A DNA stretch of 64,000 bases. It comes from Moniliella sp. 'wahieum'. Its lineage: Eukaryota. Below, one piece after another: positions 62,328 to 64,000 of this stretch. The notes under the pieces were generated by a model, which was given only the letters and a program-made list of their open reading frames with translations, had not been told where the DNA came from and did no database searches. Location of the stretch: contig RSEE01000047.1 of NCBI GenBank assembly GCA_003971905.1, positions 62,001-126,000 on the forward strand. The letters are read 5' to 3'. The translations under genes were made by a program, and so were the position numbers. How positions within the stretch are numbered: position 1 is the stretch's first letter; every line of letters begins with the position of its first letter.

Positions 62328-64000
62328 ATGCCCATCGACCCGCAGTTCTTCAACCAGGCCATCAGCATCGCTGGCGGTCTCTTCAAGGAGTACGAGCAGC
62401 AGCACCAAGGCTCCGGCGCCTCCACCGGCAATAGCTCCGGCCATGGCAACGGCAATGGCAATGGCAACGGCAATGGACAGAACGCTGCTCAGGGGCAAGG
62501 CGACAACCCGCTCGGGGGCCTGCTCAACTCGTTTCTCGGCGGGCAGCAACAACATGGCAACTCTCAACCTGGCGGGAATGGGGGTGCCCTAGATGGGGGG
62601 AACCCCCTCGGTGCGTTGGTTGGTGCTTTCCTGGGCGGCCAGAGCCAGGGTCCGAACCAAGGCGGGGGCGGAGGCCAGAACCAGGACCAGTACCAGAGCC
62701 AGCACCAGAACCAGGGCCAGTACCAGAACCAGAACCAGAACCAGGGCCAAAACCAAAACCATAACCAGGGCCAAAACCAACAGAGCGGGGGGCCTCAGCG
62801 GCCCCAATATGGTCACAGTCAGGGACAGGGCCAACAGGACGGTGGCTACTCAGCTCATCAATCCCGCCCACAAGGATTCCAAGGTCAAGAGAACGAGAGC
62901 TACTCGGGTGGGGGCTATGGTCAGAGCCAAGGTGGCTATGGAGGTAACTCAAACCACTATGGAAGCAACGCAGATAACTACGGAGGCAACCCAGGCAACT
63001 ATGGGGGAAACCAGGACAACTATGGGGGAAACCAAGGCAACTATGGGGGCAACCAAGATGAGTTCGCGGGCAATCACAGTCACGAACACGAGAAGGAGCA
63101 CCACCACAAGAAGCATCACAAAGACAAGAGCAAGAGCAAGAGCAAGGCACGAGAGTGGGTACAGCTCCGAGGGGAAGAAGCATGAAAGGACCACGGGGGT
63201 GAGCATTCCAAGAAGCATCACAAGGACGAGAGCGGTACTCGAACCAAGGGTACCAAGGTGGCCAAAGTGCGTACCAGGAATCCGAGGGTACCTACGGTGC
63301 TCACGCTGCACCCTCGGGCGAGTCGCGCCCCGCAAAGCATGGGAAGCACACGGAGGAAGAACCGTCGTCGTTTGGTCAAGCACAGAGCACGGGAGTAGGG
63401 TACGCCGCGGCCTCCTACGGCGCATCGTCCCACGTTGTGTCTGGGGCAGGTGCGCTGGGTTCGGGTTCGGACACGTGGCCCGACGCACCACCTTCCTGGC
63501 ACGCCGCGGCGCAGGGCAAGATTGTGGAGCCCAAGGCGGATTACGGCGACAATCAAAAGAACAGTTCTGATCCGCAGTACCGTTCGTGGCGGGACGAGGC
63601 GCGGCGCGAAGGGGACTTGATGGCCCAGGCGTTTGACCAGTCCAAGAGGCGTATTCCTCGGGAGATGGTGCTCGGGCCAAGGACCTGTCCAACCAAGGTC
63701 ATGCCCACCAGACTCGACGGGACCAACTCAATCAGCAAGCTGCTCGTTGGATTTTCCAGGCCAACAACCAAGATTCCGGGTCGAACGAAGTGGACCTGCA
63801 TGGTCTGTTTGTCAAGGAGGCACTGGAAGTGACGCAGCAGGCGATTGCCGAGGCACGTCGCCGGAAGCTGGATGTGCTGCGCGTAATTGTAGGCCAGGGG
63901 GAGCACTCCCAAGGTCATGTGGCTAAGATCCAACCGGCGGGTGGAACAGTTGATGTCGGACGAGCACCTTAGTGCCTCGCTGGATGAGCATAATCGCGGA
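62328..64000 (+). CDS. DUF1771 + Smr (small MutS-related) domain protein with long G/Q/N/Y-rich N-terminus; runs off the window end
   Basis: 'YRSWRDEARREGDLMAQAFDQSK..AKDLSNQGHAH..AARWIFQANN..EVDLHGLFVKEAL...LRVIVGQGEHSQGHVAKI'. The N-terminal ORF 62328..63185 joins it via apparent frameshifts near 63150-63240. Confidence 0.85.
62954..63058 (+). repeat. 21-bp tandem coding repeat (NYGGN[QP][GD]), about 5 units
   Basis: cactatggaagcaacgcagat aactacggaggcaacccaggc aactatgggggaaaccaggac aactatgggggaaaccaaggc aactatgggggcaaccaagat. Confidence 0.9.

Noticed and set aside
1..64000. Frameshifts in most genes suggesting mass pseudogenisation or programmed frameshifting
   Set aside because: They hit housekeeping genes (CDC37, COX5, TEM1, HSP104) alike and motifs stay intact on both sides. 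Unpolished long-read indel errors are the simplest explanation. Polishing with short reads would settle it.

Overview
This is GC-rich eukaryotic DNA from a fungus. Short GT..CTRAC..YAG introns and the protein sequences suggest a basidiomycete yeast, possibly Ustilaginomycotina (inference). About 21 protein-coding genes are recognisable: Pin4/Cip2-like RRM+R3H protein, delta-12 fatty acid desaturase, HIT protein Hnt1, USP-domain protein, small YABBY/HMG-like protein, Cox5, formin, Smi1/Knr4, PP2C Ptc5, Asi-like RING ligase, class I/II aminotransferase, amino acid permease, Tem1/Spg1 GTPase, mitoribosomal mL54, Hsp104, Cdc37, an unknown membrane protein, a sugar porter, chitin synthase, a divergent eIF4E and a DUF1771-Smr protein with a large prion-like N-terminus. 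Most genes carry several apparent single-base frameshifts, most likely errors of an unpolished assembly, so many boundaries are approximate. The most unusual signal is non-coding. Upstream regions are studded with a 7-bp-period pattern, TNA-[4-bp palindrome]-TNA. All 12 of the 4-bp palindromes that contain G/C occur as cores, cores can switch within an array, and by eye the pattern is absent from convergent gene gaps. Other leads are a head-to-head pair of an eIF4E lacking the W73-equivalent Trp and the prion-like Smr nuclease, a PTS1-like end on Ptc5, a switch-II Gln-to-Ala change in Tem1, and a 7-unit step-type heat-shock element upstream of HSP104.
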